A stretch of 63,863 nucleotides of DNA, filler included. It is 6 parts of 6 records of this genome, joined end to end, with 100 filler letters (N's around TTAATTAATTAA, not from the genome) between each part and the next. Parts side by side here need not be neighbours in the genome. Positions count along the whole stretch, not along the records: positions 24,181 to 40,029 come from DRR378314_1551; positions 40,130 to 46,706 come from DRR378314_1552; 4 more parts are not named here. One strand, written 5' to 3'. Of the stretch, positions 33,101-46,368 are shown piece by piece. The notes beneath the pieces were generated by a model. It was not told the DNA's origin. It saw nothing but the letters and a program-made list of their open reading frames with translations, and did no database searches. How positions within the stretch are numbered: the stretch's first letter is position 1; each line of letters begins with the position of its first letter. The position numbers and the translations under genes are program-made.

Positions 33101-33852
33101 TCGAGTCCGGCAGCGTGCGCAGCGACAAGGTTTGTGTATAGATAGCGAATGTGCGCGCTCACTCGCATGTTTAGGGAAGTATCCGAAAGGACAAGCTGGT
33201 GATCATGACGTCTCCTGCCGTAGAAGTGCCACGAGTCGACAACGGTTGATCCCTTTAGTATTGCAGACAGGTAGTGGCGCGTGCGCCAATGAATCCCTAG
33301 TGCTGCTTGTACGCGTAGGATGAAGAGAGAAAACGTAGACCTGGAGCAATTGCTTTTTTTTAAGATCAAGCGGGCGTGAAAGCGTGCTGGTAGGTCTGGG
33401 TGGTCGCCTGCGAAAGGGTGTGGTGCGCAGCGCTGTACGCGAGCCATTCCGTGTGCGGGACCTTCGTGCCACTGCCATGGCTCGTGCGCGTATGCAGCAC
33501 TGCCAAGTACTGGCTCGCAGTTTTTCTAGATTGTGTGATGCTCCGGATGAGGAACCTACTACTACCGAATTGTTGAAAGCCCCGCAAAGAAATTAACGCG
33601 TGCAATATGCGTCGGTTTATAAGGGTAATCGTTTCGCCTTTCTTTTTTACTGTTGTCCCCGATCGGTGCAAGTGATTTGGTCCGCAACTTTGAGATTCTA
33701 CGACGTGGCAATGCACTCTCTTTGATCTATTCTTACTGTTTTCGCAACTCGTTTCCCCCCTCTCGTGCGCCTGGCTATCCCTTTTCGTGCACTAGGTCGC
33801 AGACTTTCAGGTTCGCCTTAACGTTTTGTCGGCCTTTTCCGGCGATGAATAA
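30115..33852 (+). CDS. Protein disulfide isomerase, ERp38/PDI-D type (a-a'-ERp29c)
   Basis: Signal-peptide exon 30115-30180 ([22 protein letters not shown]), then exons 31475-31875, 32039-32230, 32398-32521, 32691-32858, 33055-33129 and 33796-33852. Two APWCGHCK sites; C-terminal [11 protein letters not shown]...RLNVLSAF. Confidence 0.92.
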
Positions 33853-34267
33853 GCTGCGTGCATACTGAAAAGCAGCTACGGCTTCACCAGACGGAACTGG
33901 TCGTCGCGGGCGGCGTGTGCGCCACCCGCTGGTGCTCAAAGTTTATGAATGCTCGATCGTCCGGCGTGACCGTACCCTCGTCCTCTTCTTTTTTCTTCTC
34001 CCGAAATCTCTGCTCCAAGACATCACAATTAGGTTGTGCTTAACACGTGTGCGCGACGGCACTTCGCCACCATGACTAAAGGAGCGCAGCATAGCGCTCT
34101 AAACATCCTGTGCCCGTCGCGCATTCTGGCCGAGGACACAAGGAGTCTTTCTTCGAATACTACACACTACACCTTTCGTTTATTCCGACAAACAAAGAAT
34201 ACCGTTGTTCGCATGCGAGCCAAGCGCGCACCGTGATAAGGAAGAGCCATAGAGGTGGGACACGGCC

Positions 34268-37200
34268 CTACTTGAGGCCCTCCGATTCCATAAGCTCCGT
34301 AGATGGTGCTGGAGGCTGGATCCGTGCAAGCCGTTCGCCTCGCGAGAGAGGCCGAGAAGGCCGGATAAAGTACTCTATCAGCAAGCGCATTTGTCGCATT
34401 CGAACGAACAAAAAACAAACAAACAAAGCGAAGCAGTAGATTCAGAAATGTGGAGACAAAAGAGATTTACATCATCAGACCAGTGGGAAAGGGAACCCCG
34501 GAGCACATTCGTGCACACACACACGAAATGTTCAAGTGTTGCACGGTACACGCGATCAGAGCACTCTTTCGCGGATACGGCAGGTGACAAGCAAAGTCCT
34601 TCCTCACAAATCGGTGCACAAGCACGCAAAATTATGCCAATTGCAGCTGCAGCTTACAGAAACGTACTCCATATGGCAATACATGCCAAGGCGGATAGCG
34701 AGAGGGTTGTCAGCAGCAGTTGCGCAGCACCGCCGATCGACGAAAGCAAGAAAAGAAGCCCAATCTCGCGCGTCCCGTCGCGAAAGCGTCTGCAGAAGCG
34801 GATTCCGCCAATGCCAGAGGAGAAATATACACGTGTTCAACGTCAATGCCTTGACCCACACGTGTATACAATCGGCGCCGCGGACAAAAATATAAACAAG
34901 TTCCGATTCCGCATACGCCCGTACTATCTTGCTGCCGTTGGAGGGGGCATACCTTTCCAGGAACCGCAGCGTGGAAGCTTGCAGCGTGACGCCCGGTAGG
35001 CCAGACGAAGTTGTGTCGACGGACATAGTTACAAAAGCCGTCCCGCTCGAAGCGCCCACCTGATGTGAAGAAAACACGCCCGCACCAAGAGAGGAGAATT
35101 AATTTCACTTTGAAGGCATGCGTCCGGCAGACGAAACTCAAATACGCCGAGCGGCCCGATTTCAACGTGCCAACCTTGGCAGCACGCTGCGAGATCGCCC
35201 TCTGCACGAGGCGCCGCGGGTACGAGGGTAGACCTACGTACGGGAACGCGCTGGCGCTCTCGGTCACGCTGCTGCCCGTCTCCCGGCATCCTCCTGAGCG
35301 TACCAGGTCAGAGCGGATGATGCGCGCGATTGTCACGATAGAATGATGCGCTCCCATTGATGCTGTTTCGGACGAATTTCGCTACAGTTGAGTGGCGCAT
35401 AAAAGAGACAGAAAACGGATGAAAAAAGAAACAGAACCGAAACGAGGCTCGTGTAAGGATATATCGCCCAGCTCACCCAGGCTCCCCGTGGGATACGTGG
35501 ACGCTGCATTTTACGGTGCAATAGCCGCAGAATATTCGCTTCCCCCAACGATAGGAAATACAAGGGCGAGAATAAAGACGATACACGGACAATCGCAGTA
35601 ATCAGCGCGATATGGGGAAAACACGTACCGAGAAAGTATACATAATCTCACTGTTTTCTTCCTGAACAGCTACAGCGCATTGAGCTCCCTGTCGGCAGTA
35701 CAACCTGCGGCCAGAGAGCATTCGCACAAATCCAAGGACGAAGAGCATCGAGGGCTTGTTAATCGCAATAGACGTAAGCAAATAAAAGTCGTGATACTGC
35801 ACCTGCCTTTCTCAGTGGTATACATACGGATGGCTAGAAGCTCGCACGGCAGTATGGGCAGCGGAGCTCCACGCACCGCACGCCGATATCGTCGTTTGGA
35901 TTTCCCTCGCGCACGAGTGCAGAAAGGACCGTCCCGGTAGTAAACCCCTGATCTGTATAGCACAGCGGTACGCGAATCTGAAAGAGATCTCCGATTGCGT
36001 GCGAGTCATTACATGTGAGCAAGCCGTCGACAGTAGTTTCCGAGGGAACACCTGCAGTAAACGGGAGCACATGCACGGCATGGAGCAGACGTTCCACAGC
36101 AGCGCGTAAACGTTTCGAAGTTTGGACAGCCGCGCCGTGGCCAGTGTACAGCGCGATGGAGAGGCTGATAAGTCACAGCGACCTGCCTCTGCTCGCCGAA
36201 ATACCTTGATTGTAAATTTCCGTCACGTTCAACGGCATGCCGGTTGTTTGATTCAGTAGCCGCGCGTCCACCCTGGGAGGGACATTCGTAGAGTTGAACT
36301 TGGTTGCGCAGTTCGTATCGGAATACTCCCAGCGGACTCGCTCCACTCCGCACACGTACACAGCAACCTCGTACACGCCAGCTACACGAGCACAATGAAG
36401 GCACGATGTACAACCGCAGTGAGAAACGTATTTGGACCATCGTGGTGCATACGAAGCTACCAAGCGGCAATGGAAAAGGTATCAGCTTAGTCGCATCGCA
36501 GGCAGCTGCGGTCGGACGCTACGCGCGCCGCTCTAGGCGCAGGTCGGTCGGCAAAAGAGCCGCAGCTGACCCTCAAAGAAAGGGGGTGGCATACGTCACG
36601 CACGCACCGATTTCTTCGTTCACCTGCTGGATGGAATTCGACTCGCGGATAGGCTGCTCGTACGTGGCATAAGAATGGATCTGCAAAGTGCGAGCGGCGC
36701 GCAGGGAGGGGGGCGGTAAGCGTCGGTAAAACATGCAAAGGGCGAGGGAGCGTGCGAGTGGGGTCGCGCCGGCTCCGTTGTGCTAACGTAGCAGCGACGA
36801 CGGAGCGTTCAACTCGGGCGCAGTGCGAGTGAGCAGGGGCGAAGGGCCAAGGTAAGTTGCCAGCAGGCGCTGCGCATGCGTCGTGCTATCGCAGGTTTTC
36901 GCCCCACGCGTGACTCTACAGGTATCAGCGACAAGCAGTGCTTAGGCTGACGAGAATTTAAAGGGCCAGAAAAAAAAAGAAGTGAACAGGCAACCGCCAG
37001 CAAGGAAGCGAGCGAGCGACGCATTCAGCGTTGGCTGGGCTGAGAGCAGGCAAGCGTTCCGCTATTCGTGCTCGGCAGGAGGAGCAGGGTGGCGCCGCCG
37101 GTGGGTCCTCCCCAGGGGAGAAAAAACGCGCTTTGCAGCAGCCTCGTCGCAGGCGAGCTCACCTGGATCGACGTGTACGTCACCAGAGCAACGAAGAAAA

Positions 37201-37327
37201 CCGAGAAGAGCACAACGTGCACGTGAAGTTCGTCAACGCTGGTGTTCTCTCGCTTCGGCTCCGAGAACGGATTGATGTATCGGTCAAATCGCACAAGAAG
37301 CCGGTGCTTTTGTGTGCCCTCCTTCAT
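34268..37327 (-). CDS. Uncharacterised two-TM protein with large Cys/N-glycan ectodomain, paralog A (about 10 exons)
   Basis: Exon 1 37327-37163 ends in TM1 VVLFSVFFVALVTYTSIQ. Later exons match paralog B at identical intron positions. TM2 is IGLLFLLSSIGGAAQLLLTTLSLSALACIAIW; the last exon YFIRPSRPLSRGERLARI ends at TAG 34268. Confidence 0.75.
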
Positions 37328-38427
37328 CGGTGCGTTGCGGCGGCGCTTCGCTTCGCGCGCCTCTGCCGCAGCGGCGGCGCCGGAACAGAGCCCGATGCGC
37401 GCGCACTGCCGGAGCGACGCTGCCCAAAAGTACTCCACCGTCAGCACCAAAAACCAAAGCCCTCCGCGACCTTTTATGTCACCTCTTGGCATGCAATAGT
37501 ACAGTCACAGCTCCCAAGAAGGCCTTACAGAAGCAGGCCACGGCACCACGCAAAACACGGCCAGCGGGCTCAGACCGCTGCGAAAAAGCTCGCGCTGCGC
37601 AACGCGCTCGCTGTGCCTGTGCGACCGCGGCCGCTAAGCACTTCGGCGAAGAGCAATGCGCGCGTGCAATCCGCTGCTCGAAGCCCAAGCCTGTTCAAAC
37701 GACCTGAGCACTTCCTCGGCGGGCAAGCAGGGCGAATTGTTTCGCAGCACCCTCGAACAGGCAACAGGAACATTCCTCGCGCCGCTCGTGGTGTGGCCGC
37801 CCAGCCAGAAACCTCGTCTGGTGAGGAGGAGCACGCTGTGGCAAAGAGCAGAACCATAACTACTGTTCGTCCTTTTCTTGCAGTAGGGCGGACACCAGGG
37901 AAGCGGCAACGGCAATATTCTTCTGACGCCAGTGCCCTCAGCGACTATCTCCTATCGAATCATACTTGCCTCTGCCCTTCCAAATTCAAATTTAATCAAA
38001 AAAATGCCGTAGTGCAAACTTTTTTGCGCAATGCAAAACTGCAGCAAAAACGGTAATACATGGGCAAAATCCGATCCCATGCACTTCCCTTGGAGCGAGG
38101 CAGCAGCAGCGAGCGTTTGGAAATACAAGGTCGGAGCGAGCACAAGCTGACTCCTTGGCCGCGCAAATGCTGCAGCACGATTGTGCAAGCGGCACGGCTC
38201 CGGGTTTCGAACGCAAAATATTTTTAGAAACGGATAACGCAGGCCAACATATACATGGTGAGGCTGTGTGGGCTACAACGCACGGACGGCGAAAAAGCCC
38301 GCCGATTCTCCGCGAGAAGACCTATCTCTGTCGCAGCGCGCCCGCTGATCTGTGAGGGGGTCATGGGTCAGACTTTAAGGGGACACCTACCCCGAACTCC
38401 AAACGCAGTGTGCGGCGCACTGTACAC

Positions 38428-40015
38428 TTATGTCGGCGTGTCCACCTGTACGGCACAAAGCTCGGTTTCACTGGCAACTTGAACGATGCGCGCGGATCTC
38501 TCCCGCCTGGAAAGTCCCCGACTAGGTCGAATGATATACCCTGCACGTCACGAGATGGCGGAGAGCGTCAGCTTGGTACTCTAAACGAATTACGAGCGGG
38601 CAAGCTAGCGACCCAGTAGCGAAAAACAACAACAACAATCATTTATAAGAATTGCGTCGCCTTAGGATAATAAAAAGACCCAGAGAGCAGCAGTATCAGG
38701 CGGTACGTAATCTCACAGTGGCCATGCAGGGAATGTGCATGCGTGAACGTACTCCAAACGGACATTGCCGCGAGAGCAGCGAACGAGAGCGTCGTAAGTA
38801 GAACTTGCGCAGCACCACCGATGGATGACACAAGGAACAGAAGACCAATTTCTCTCGACCCGTCACGGTACCGGCTGCTCCGGACAAGAAAACAGGTGTC
38901 CGCAGGAGAGAGCGTTAGAGATTCCAGATTGGCAGGTAGCCGAAGAGAGAAGACGCGGAGATTTACGCCGGTCTTACCTCTGCAAAAACCGGAGGGTTGA
39001 AGCTTGAAGTGTAACCCCTGGAAGACCAAGCGAAGTTGTGTCAGTAGATATCATTACGAAGGAAGTCCTATTGATCCCAGTCACCTGTAGGCGCGCAAGC
39101 AAACGAGAGAGAATACGTGAGCAGGCGGGTATGGTCAGTTCTGTCGGGCGAAAAGACGGCAACTGCTGACGGCGAGAATATCGGTATTTTCCGTGAACGT
39201 AGCGGTCGGTTCTTTACCCGGCTTTCCACTGTTTGAAATACGCCGCACCTCTGCGGCACTATGCCACGTACCGAGTCGGTGTCGATGATACGTGCAAGGG
39301 ACACAATCGCATGGTTGGCTCCATCCGTCGCTGTGTCCACGCCACGACGCTGTTGCGATCCATACACCAGTCGGTACGGGCACGGCATCGAAGGCAATGA
39401 ACGACCAAAATACGACGAAATCGCAATATTAAAGTCCAAGTCACACTCGTATATCTATGTCACATCAGACATTTGGCATCGATATGCATCTCCCGCAACG
39501 CACTGCGCTGCGCTTCAAGTTTGGCATCTCTTCGGGTCGCGTAAACGCGCTCGCGAGCAAAACCACGGAGGAATATGTCCATACCGAAAAAGTATACAAA
39601 ATCTCGGTTTTGTCCTCCTCCACTGCAATAGTACAGTTCACACCTTTCCTGCAATACAGACTGGGTGCGATAAAGGAAGGGAGAGGCGTCCAGATTTATG
39701 CCAGGTGTCAGACGCGCGAACATGGCTCGCCATAACCCCTCCAAAAGCATACATCATTACCCAAAGACAGACCCTGCTCACGCTGTGGCGGGCCAAGTTG
39801 CCGAGGAAAGCCCCAAAGTCCCTGTAGAGGATGAGCGTACCGCACACCCACATCGTCATTGGGATCTCCTTCTCGAGCAATGGTGCTTATCTTTGTATCG
39901 ACGGTAAACCCTTGATCGGTGTAGCACATCGGGGCTCGCACTTGGAAGAGCTCGGCGAGGGTCAGCGTGTCATTGCACAGAAGCTCGCCGTGAAGGACCG
40001 TGGAAGCGGGAATTC
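38428..40015 (-). CDS. Uncharacterised two-TM protein, paralog B (5' truncated by contig end)
   Basis: Six exons homologous to paralog A: APMCYTDQGF...EGDPNDDVGVR, LYCRKGVNCTIAV...YTFS, GANHAIVSLARII, GLPGVTLQASTLRFLQ, IGLLFLVSSIGGAAQ and YIIRPSRGLSRRERSARI. Confidence 0.75.
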
Positions 40016-40029
40016 CTAGACCGCGACAC

Positions 40030-40129
40030 NNNNNNNNNNNNNNNNNNNNNNNNNNNNNNNNNNNNNNNNNNNNTTAATTAATTAANNNNNNNNNNNNNNN
40101 NNNNNNNNNNNNNNNNNNNNNNNNNNNNN
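40030..40129. other. Artificial contig spacer
   Basis: N-run + TTAATTAATTAA + N-run. Confidence 0.99.
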
Positions 40130-43100
40130 TCGCAAACCCTCGGAACAGGTGAAGACGACCGTGCTCTGCAAAGCTTCCAGCGATCCGCAGAGCCACAGTT
40201 CCGCAATATCCCTCTCTGATAGCAGGTTGCTTTCGCTGTAGATTTTTTCGTGACATTTTTTTCTCAGTATTGACAATATATTCAACAGAATAGAATCATA
40301 CAAAGAGCTCTCGTTGTGGTCCATAAAATCACTGCGGGCTTGCTGCCACGTATGTGCGGAAATGAAAGTCCAGAGCCGTGTAGCACAGTTTCCAGCGTGA
40401 TCCTTCGCAGAGCACTTGTGGTTCTCCGAAACACTACCCACAACGCATAGCAACACGAGTTCACTGCGGCGTACCGCAAAAGGGAACAAAACCATAGGTA
40501 TGCTAGTTGTGCGCTCGTTCGAAAAGCCCCGCAAGTCGTTTCTTCCCTGATTCATGCATCGGAACATAAACACTCGCTGCACAGCATACTGCTCCTCCTG
40601 CACCTGGAATGCCCGACTGTGCGAGAAAACTGACCGTGAGACATCCCGTCGCACTGGTTCTGCGCAGGGATGCACGAACCTTGCGAAGCACAATCCAGGG
40701 CTCTGCTTGCAGGCATCCGACCACTTCCGAAGAAACGTAGACGTGGGTGTTAGGAAGAGGAAAGAAAGCGCTCGCCCGCAAGAGAAATGAAAACATCGGC
40801 GAGCATCATTTCGCATTCTATGCTTAGCACGCCAGATATCGCATGGTCTGGGAATACAGGGCAGTAGGAAGACACTGGCATTTCGTGGTCCTCACTCACG
40901 AGTGTTGTGCGTGGACCGGCACATGCGCGGCGTTTTGCAGTGCCTCGCCAGCGCTGCGGCTACTTCGTCGTGCTGCCCAGGCATCCCGCTCACTCGGCGT
41001 CGCACGTGCGAACAGGCATTCAATTCGCGAGCCCTCAACTGACTGTATTCCCTCACCATACATATACGGCAGGAATCAAGATTCTCTATATATTCCAATC
41101 GTCATTTGCATCGTAAAAGGAGGCGATTACGCACGTTTGCCCGAAAGCGCTACGAAATTCCGTGCGGCTTGTGTTGTGCAGCCTCCAAGCGTGCGCGAAG
41201 CCCCCCGGTCGTTTTCTTGTCTGCAAGCTCGCACCACCCCGACAACTGTTCGCTCCTCCCTTTGTTTATTCTTGCAGCACAGTAGCAAACCATATCAACG
41301 ACAGCGCCCGTAGATTTCATGAAGCACGTGATAAATATATGTTCTACTTTGAAACGGTTCGTCTCGTCCATGGAAAGAGAACCGCGGTTTCCGTGCAAGC
41401 AAGTGAAGTGAAAGCCTGGACGCGCACCAACTTGCCGCGCCACGTTCTACGCTTGTGCGACCTGCAGCGTGCCGTCTGTGGGGAGGCGGCACGTTCACAA
41501 ACGCCAGCTCGCAAGCGCGCACTACGCGCAGCATAAAAGACCTCCTAACCATTCATTACAGTCAAAGCGTATACAAATAGTTAGAATTGAGACTCTATTT
41601 CCTCGATCGAAAAGGAGAAAGAAAAGCATGGGAAAAGGCGGGTTAGCACTTTGCAGTAGCCACTGGAGTCACGCGAGCAGCAACGGAGGCAACGCAAGGC
41701 AGAGCGGGCCGAGCAAGCTCAGCGCGCACAGCCGGCGCTGCTGCTTGCACCTTGGGTTCCAGAGCTGGGAGAGACGAAGCTGACAGCGGGAGAGATTGCT
41801 GCACAGCAACCGGCGTCTAGCAATACCTTTGGCCATGTCAAGGCATGCGGCACTCTCCAACTGGTTTTCGCTACATAGAAAAGCTAGCCGCTACAAGAGA
41901 GAAGAAGTGCAAACAAAGAAGCGAAAAGAAAAAAAAACAAGGATGGAGCGCCCATTGAGCCTGGACGGGACGGTACTCAGTTAGCTCAAGTGCCTTGGTC
42001 GCTTCGAACCTGCCGTTGTTCCATGCACAAAGCGTGGCCTTGATAGCGTAGGGTACCTTCTTGCGGGTAGTTTTCCACACGCGCACATTGCCAAGCTCCT
42101 CCACTAACCAACGCTAATGGAATATATCACCTACCAACTTCATCACTAAGCACGTTCGCGCATTATTTCCTAGCGTCACGAGTACGAAACCGTTGTGAAA
42201 CCGGATATGCGCAGGGTTAGAAGTTAGGCAGCTCTAGTCTTGCCCACAAAGCCTTTGGTCTCGGACGCGAAGAAACATAATCTTACACAGGAACGGCAGC
42301 AAGGAGGAGCACAAGCGCTGCCCCCATTCGTAAACGACCTTGGAAAAATCCATGCACGGGATCCGGGAGAGTTTTCACTCAGACTCTTTCTTCTGCACGC
42401 CTCTCGCACACTTGCCACGGTGCACACGGCACTGCTTGCTTGCTGCATGCTGACTTTTCTTCGTGCATTGTGCGAGACATGTCTTTGAGCTCCGTCTTGT
42501 AGGTATGACGGTGTTCGAGAATCTCACACCTAGCTTGTAAGAATTCCCCCCAAAGAGCAGCATGCATCTTCCTGCCAGCTACGTGCGACCTGGAGGAATT
42601 GCCATGCCACTATATGCTCCATTCTACTTGCTGCCACATTGATTACAAACAGCGCTTCTCGCGATCCGGTTCGCACAAAGTAAGCAAGTTTGAATTGCTC
42701 AGGGGATTAATTTCGTACTTCGTTGCTAACCTGGCATCAGCAATGGTTTGCAAACTCAGTTCGCGCGTATATCTTCGAAGCCTGCATTCCTCGAGAAGGC
42801 TGAGTTGGAATTCGCAATGACACCGCTGCTGCTGTTTCGATTCTGGATGGAGGATACCACGCCGGCACCAAACAATTCAGTGCTCGTTTCTGTGGGCAAG
42901 CAAGCACAGACCCTCATCAACAGACTGCGGTCTCTATACTTCGAAATAAGCCAATCAACGGCTTTCTGAATTCGCTTAGCAACCTCGAGCGTTACATTGC
43001 ATATATGCACAAGGACGACATGTGGCTGCGCACCCTGCCAAGCGACGACACGGACTGCAGGTCCGCTACGTCAAGTCTTGGAGCATCATCGGTCGAAGAC

Positions 43101-45957
43101 AGCGAACACATCCATCCAAAAAGAAGTCATCTCCATATATATCGACTCCAGACTCGGTTCGTTCACAATTATGCAGAACAAGACCCCGAGACCGTTGTTG
43201 TGACCCGGCGGAGTGCGATCCCGCTTGCTTTGCCAATCGAACTTCGCTGCCACTGCTTACGAGAATGTTCTCCCACGTCGGCTGACAGCATGTCGCGTCT
43301 TCCGGATAACTCTGTTCCGAGGTTGGAACTCAAAAACTGAGGGTTAGAACACGGAAGTACACAATACACTGTGACAGGTAGTGCTGAATATACAAGGACG
43401 TTCATCTTACAGCGGAGGAGCATCCTGTGTTTAGCCCGGAGGCAGTGGTCGCCTAGCATTATTGCGCACGCAGTCACGGAACGGCATAGCCCACAGCTTC
43501 GCGCGAAAAGTCCTCCAAGGCCAAGCGTTCTCGGCAGCACCCTGTCAACGAAAAATGCATTCGTTCAGTGAGCCCGGCAAATGCCTTCAGCAATGACATA
43601 TGTTCGATTTGTATATAGGTGCCGCCGATAGGGGAGAACGCAGGTACGGGTTCCGATCTCTATGGGACGGTGACAGGAGAGAGCAGGCGCGCGGGCGCCT
43701 TTCCGTGTTTCGCGCGCGTCTGCCAACGCCTCCCCGAAACCCTGCGGTGCCTGGTTTTCGCGCAAGGCAGGCGCCGGGCAAACCTTTTAATTACACAGCT
43801 CTCAGCAATGCCAAGCACTTCACCTCTCAGTATTGACTACCTGTAAATTATTAGACCAGGACACGTCGCACGTTGTGCTTCTGCGCATAGGTGGCCTTTC
43901 TCACTCGATCGTGCTCACAGCGTGTCGCGGTACCAAAGGCACTTGGCGTCTCTTCAGATATCTGATCTTCTTGCACGGAAAGACTCCAACTGGTTTCACA
44001 TGCGTGACTTTTTGTGCTTTGGGATTCGACGAGTGCGCTCGTGCGCGTTGTGGATTCACTTGCTGCTCTCGCCCAAACATTCGCGAAAGCACTCAAACTG
44101 TGCCCCATCTCACACCATTGGTCAGGCAGCTGCCCAACAGCGTGAAAAGCAACAACGGTCGGCACGTCAGCCAGCATAGAATCGAGTTTCCTTCCGTTGT
44201 TGAGCGTGGTACGGAAAAAATAAGCGCGAGTTTGATGTCAAGGCCGCAGACTCGCACTGCACCAAGCAATGATCAGCGTTGGCTACACCACGCACACTTG
44301 GGGCGCAACCCCTGCGTTGCAAGGCCACGGAGCCCGCTTCTTTCTTGTACGTGCTCTGCCCTACACATTCACTGCTGATCGATATCGGACAAAGGCTCGA
44401 CGTCCACTCTGCGCAAGGTTTGTCGCAGACGTCTTTTCCAATCGATTTCCTTCGGCTTTGATACAGCTCCCCTTCCTCCCACACTGCAGCTTACAGCTGG
44501 TTATCTTTTATTCTGCTGTGCTATGGGAGAGAAGGAGAAGGTGGAGGAAACCCTCGCCAAGAAGCCAAAGGCGCGGAGCAGAGCAAACGTAATCCGCGAC
44601 GCAGTCTACTGTGGGTGTCACGGGCTACCTCGCTGTCGCAGTGGGTGTCGCAGTATCAGGTTGAGAAATCTGCGTTTTGACTTTTCTTTTGCAAACTGCC
44701 CAAGGGGAGCGGCTATGTCAGTCCAAACCGAAGGAGGGCACCTCGCCGCTTTTGGTATCATTTCGAACAAACAAATTTACATCGGTTTCTTTTTTGATTC
44801 GCATGCGCAACGGTTAGACGCACAGCTCGCCAAGTCAGAACCGGTCTGGCGTACGCTCCACCGCGCACGGCGCAATCGAGGTCTTTTGCCAGTTGCTTCG
44901 CGTGAGTGCTCTTGGTCGACGTTCCTCGACCACGCTTAGGCACCAAGGTATGCGTCGATACCGATTATCTCAAAGGCTCGCACTCGCTCTTCTTTTGTGA
45001 GGAGCCAGATGGGCACTTCTGTGGCCGACTGTTTCCTCCACTTTTTTTCCGTAGCTTGTGCAAAACTGTTTCGCGTGAAGGCGCCGCAGCGTCCGGGCCC
45101 ATGCAATCATCATAGAGCGTGCTCTGTGGTACAGCCACTCCAAATCGTCCATTTGAAATGAGATGTGCCCCATACATCAGCGGCTCTCCAGATAAAGAAA
45201 AGCGTGGAAATGTATCTTTCCGCACAGGAAAGCCAGGAAGGATCTGTCCTCCGAAAGGAGGCCAGCGCTCACTGCAAAGCGTGCACGGTCCAGCAAGCAG
45301 GGGCATACGGTGCGTCGCTCCTTGTTTGCAAACGCTGCGGTGTCTGCCGAAAGCGCTTTGTACACGCGGCACTACGCACGCAAGCCGCATTTCCAAAAGG
45401 CCAGAACAACTTTGAAGCAGTATCTGGAAGCGAGTTTGATGCAGAGCAAGAGAATGGTGTGTGTTGGGAGGGGAAACGGAATGCAGCAGCTGTTAGGGTG
45501 TGAGAAGCGCAGCCCAGCGCAAAGGCAGCCGACCACGCCGCGTCCGCGCGGCCAGCTGCGCTCGTGCGTGAGCCACGCTGCGTGAAGCACGTGCCTTTCC
45601 CGGCAGCGCTGGTACCACGCCAAGACGCCTCCATGATCGTTCTGCGCCTGCAGGGTATAATATATGTAAGATATATCCGCATAACTAACCCTAAGTTTTC
45701 GTATGAGCTAGCATTCAGCGCATCGGACCTGTTTTCAGAGCCCTGAAAACGCTCGCTACGCAGTGTGCTCGCGTCAGTGCTGCAGCCGGGTATTGCTGCC
45801 TTGCGTAACAAGAATGTAAGCGACGCTGCACACGCGTTCCTCGCGCGCGCACCACGTTTGGTGCAAAGTACTCCATTTCAAGTACGTGCGTATATTGTGG
45901 GCTGATTGCGCGTCGACGCGTGCTTTTCTTCTTGATTCTCCGCCGCGTTCTACCAGC

Positions 45958-46368
45958 ATGGGAAGTGCTGGGAGCAAGGCAGAGGCGCAGCTGCGCGAGG
46001 AGCTCGCAACCAGCGGCGAAACAGTGCGTCGCATTACCAGTGGCAAAGTGACCGGCGGTTGTCAGTCGTACGGCCTCGCTTCCCTTGGCGCTCGTCAGTG
46101 GAAAGGTAATGGCGTTCTTGCGCTGACCGACCGACGGCTCATCTTCCGATCGTTCACGAAAGCCAAGAGCTTCGAGTGCGCAACGCAGGACCTTCAAGGC
46201 GTGGAGCTTTCCAAGAGGCACCCATCCGGCGTCTCAATGGTGTCGATGCTCAAAGTCACGTTTGCGCCGCCTGATGGACCGTCTGATGAGGTTTTCCTCT
46301 TACCAACAGTGAAAACGCAAGAGGAATGGGTGAGAGAAATCCAAGCCGCAATACCGCAGCGCGCTTGA
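45958..46368 (+). CDS. Intronless 136-aa PH/GRAM-like domain protein with N-myristoylation motif
   Basis: MGSAGS start, KGNGVLALTDRRLIF, beta-strand pattern and a C-terminal helix EEWVREIQAAI typical of PH folds. Confidence 0.72.
   Translation: MGSAGSKAEAQLREELATSGETVRRITSGKVTGGCQSYGLASLGARQWKGNGVLALTDRRLIFRSFTKAKSFECATQDLQGVELSKRHPSGVSMVSMLKVTFAPPDGPSDEVFLLPTVKTQEEWVREIQAAIPQRA

Noticed and set aside
33884-34010. Coding-looking minus-strand stretch (RFREKKKEEDEG…) as an extra last exon of paralog A
   Set aside because: Paralog A already stops at 34268, in a position matching paralog B's end, so there is no support for another exon.
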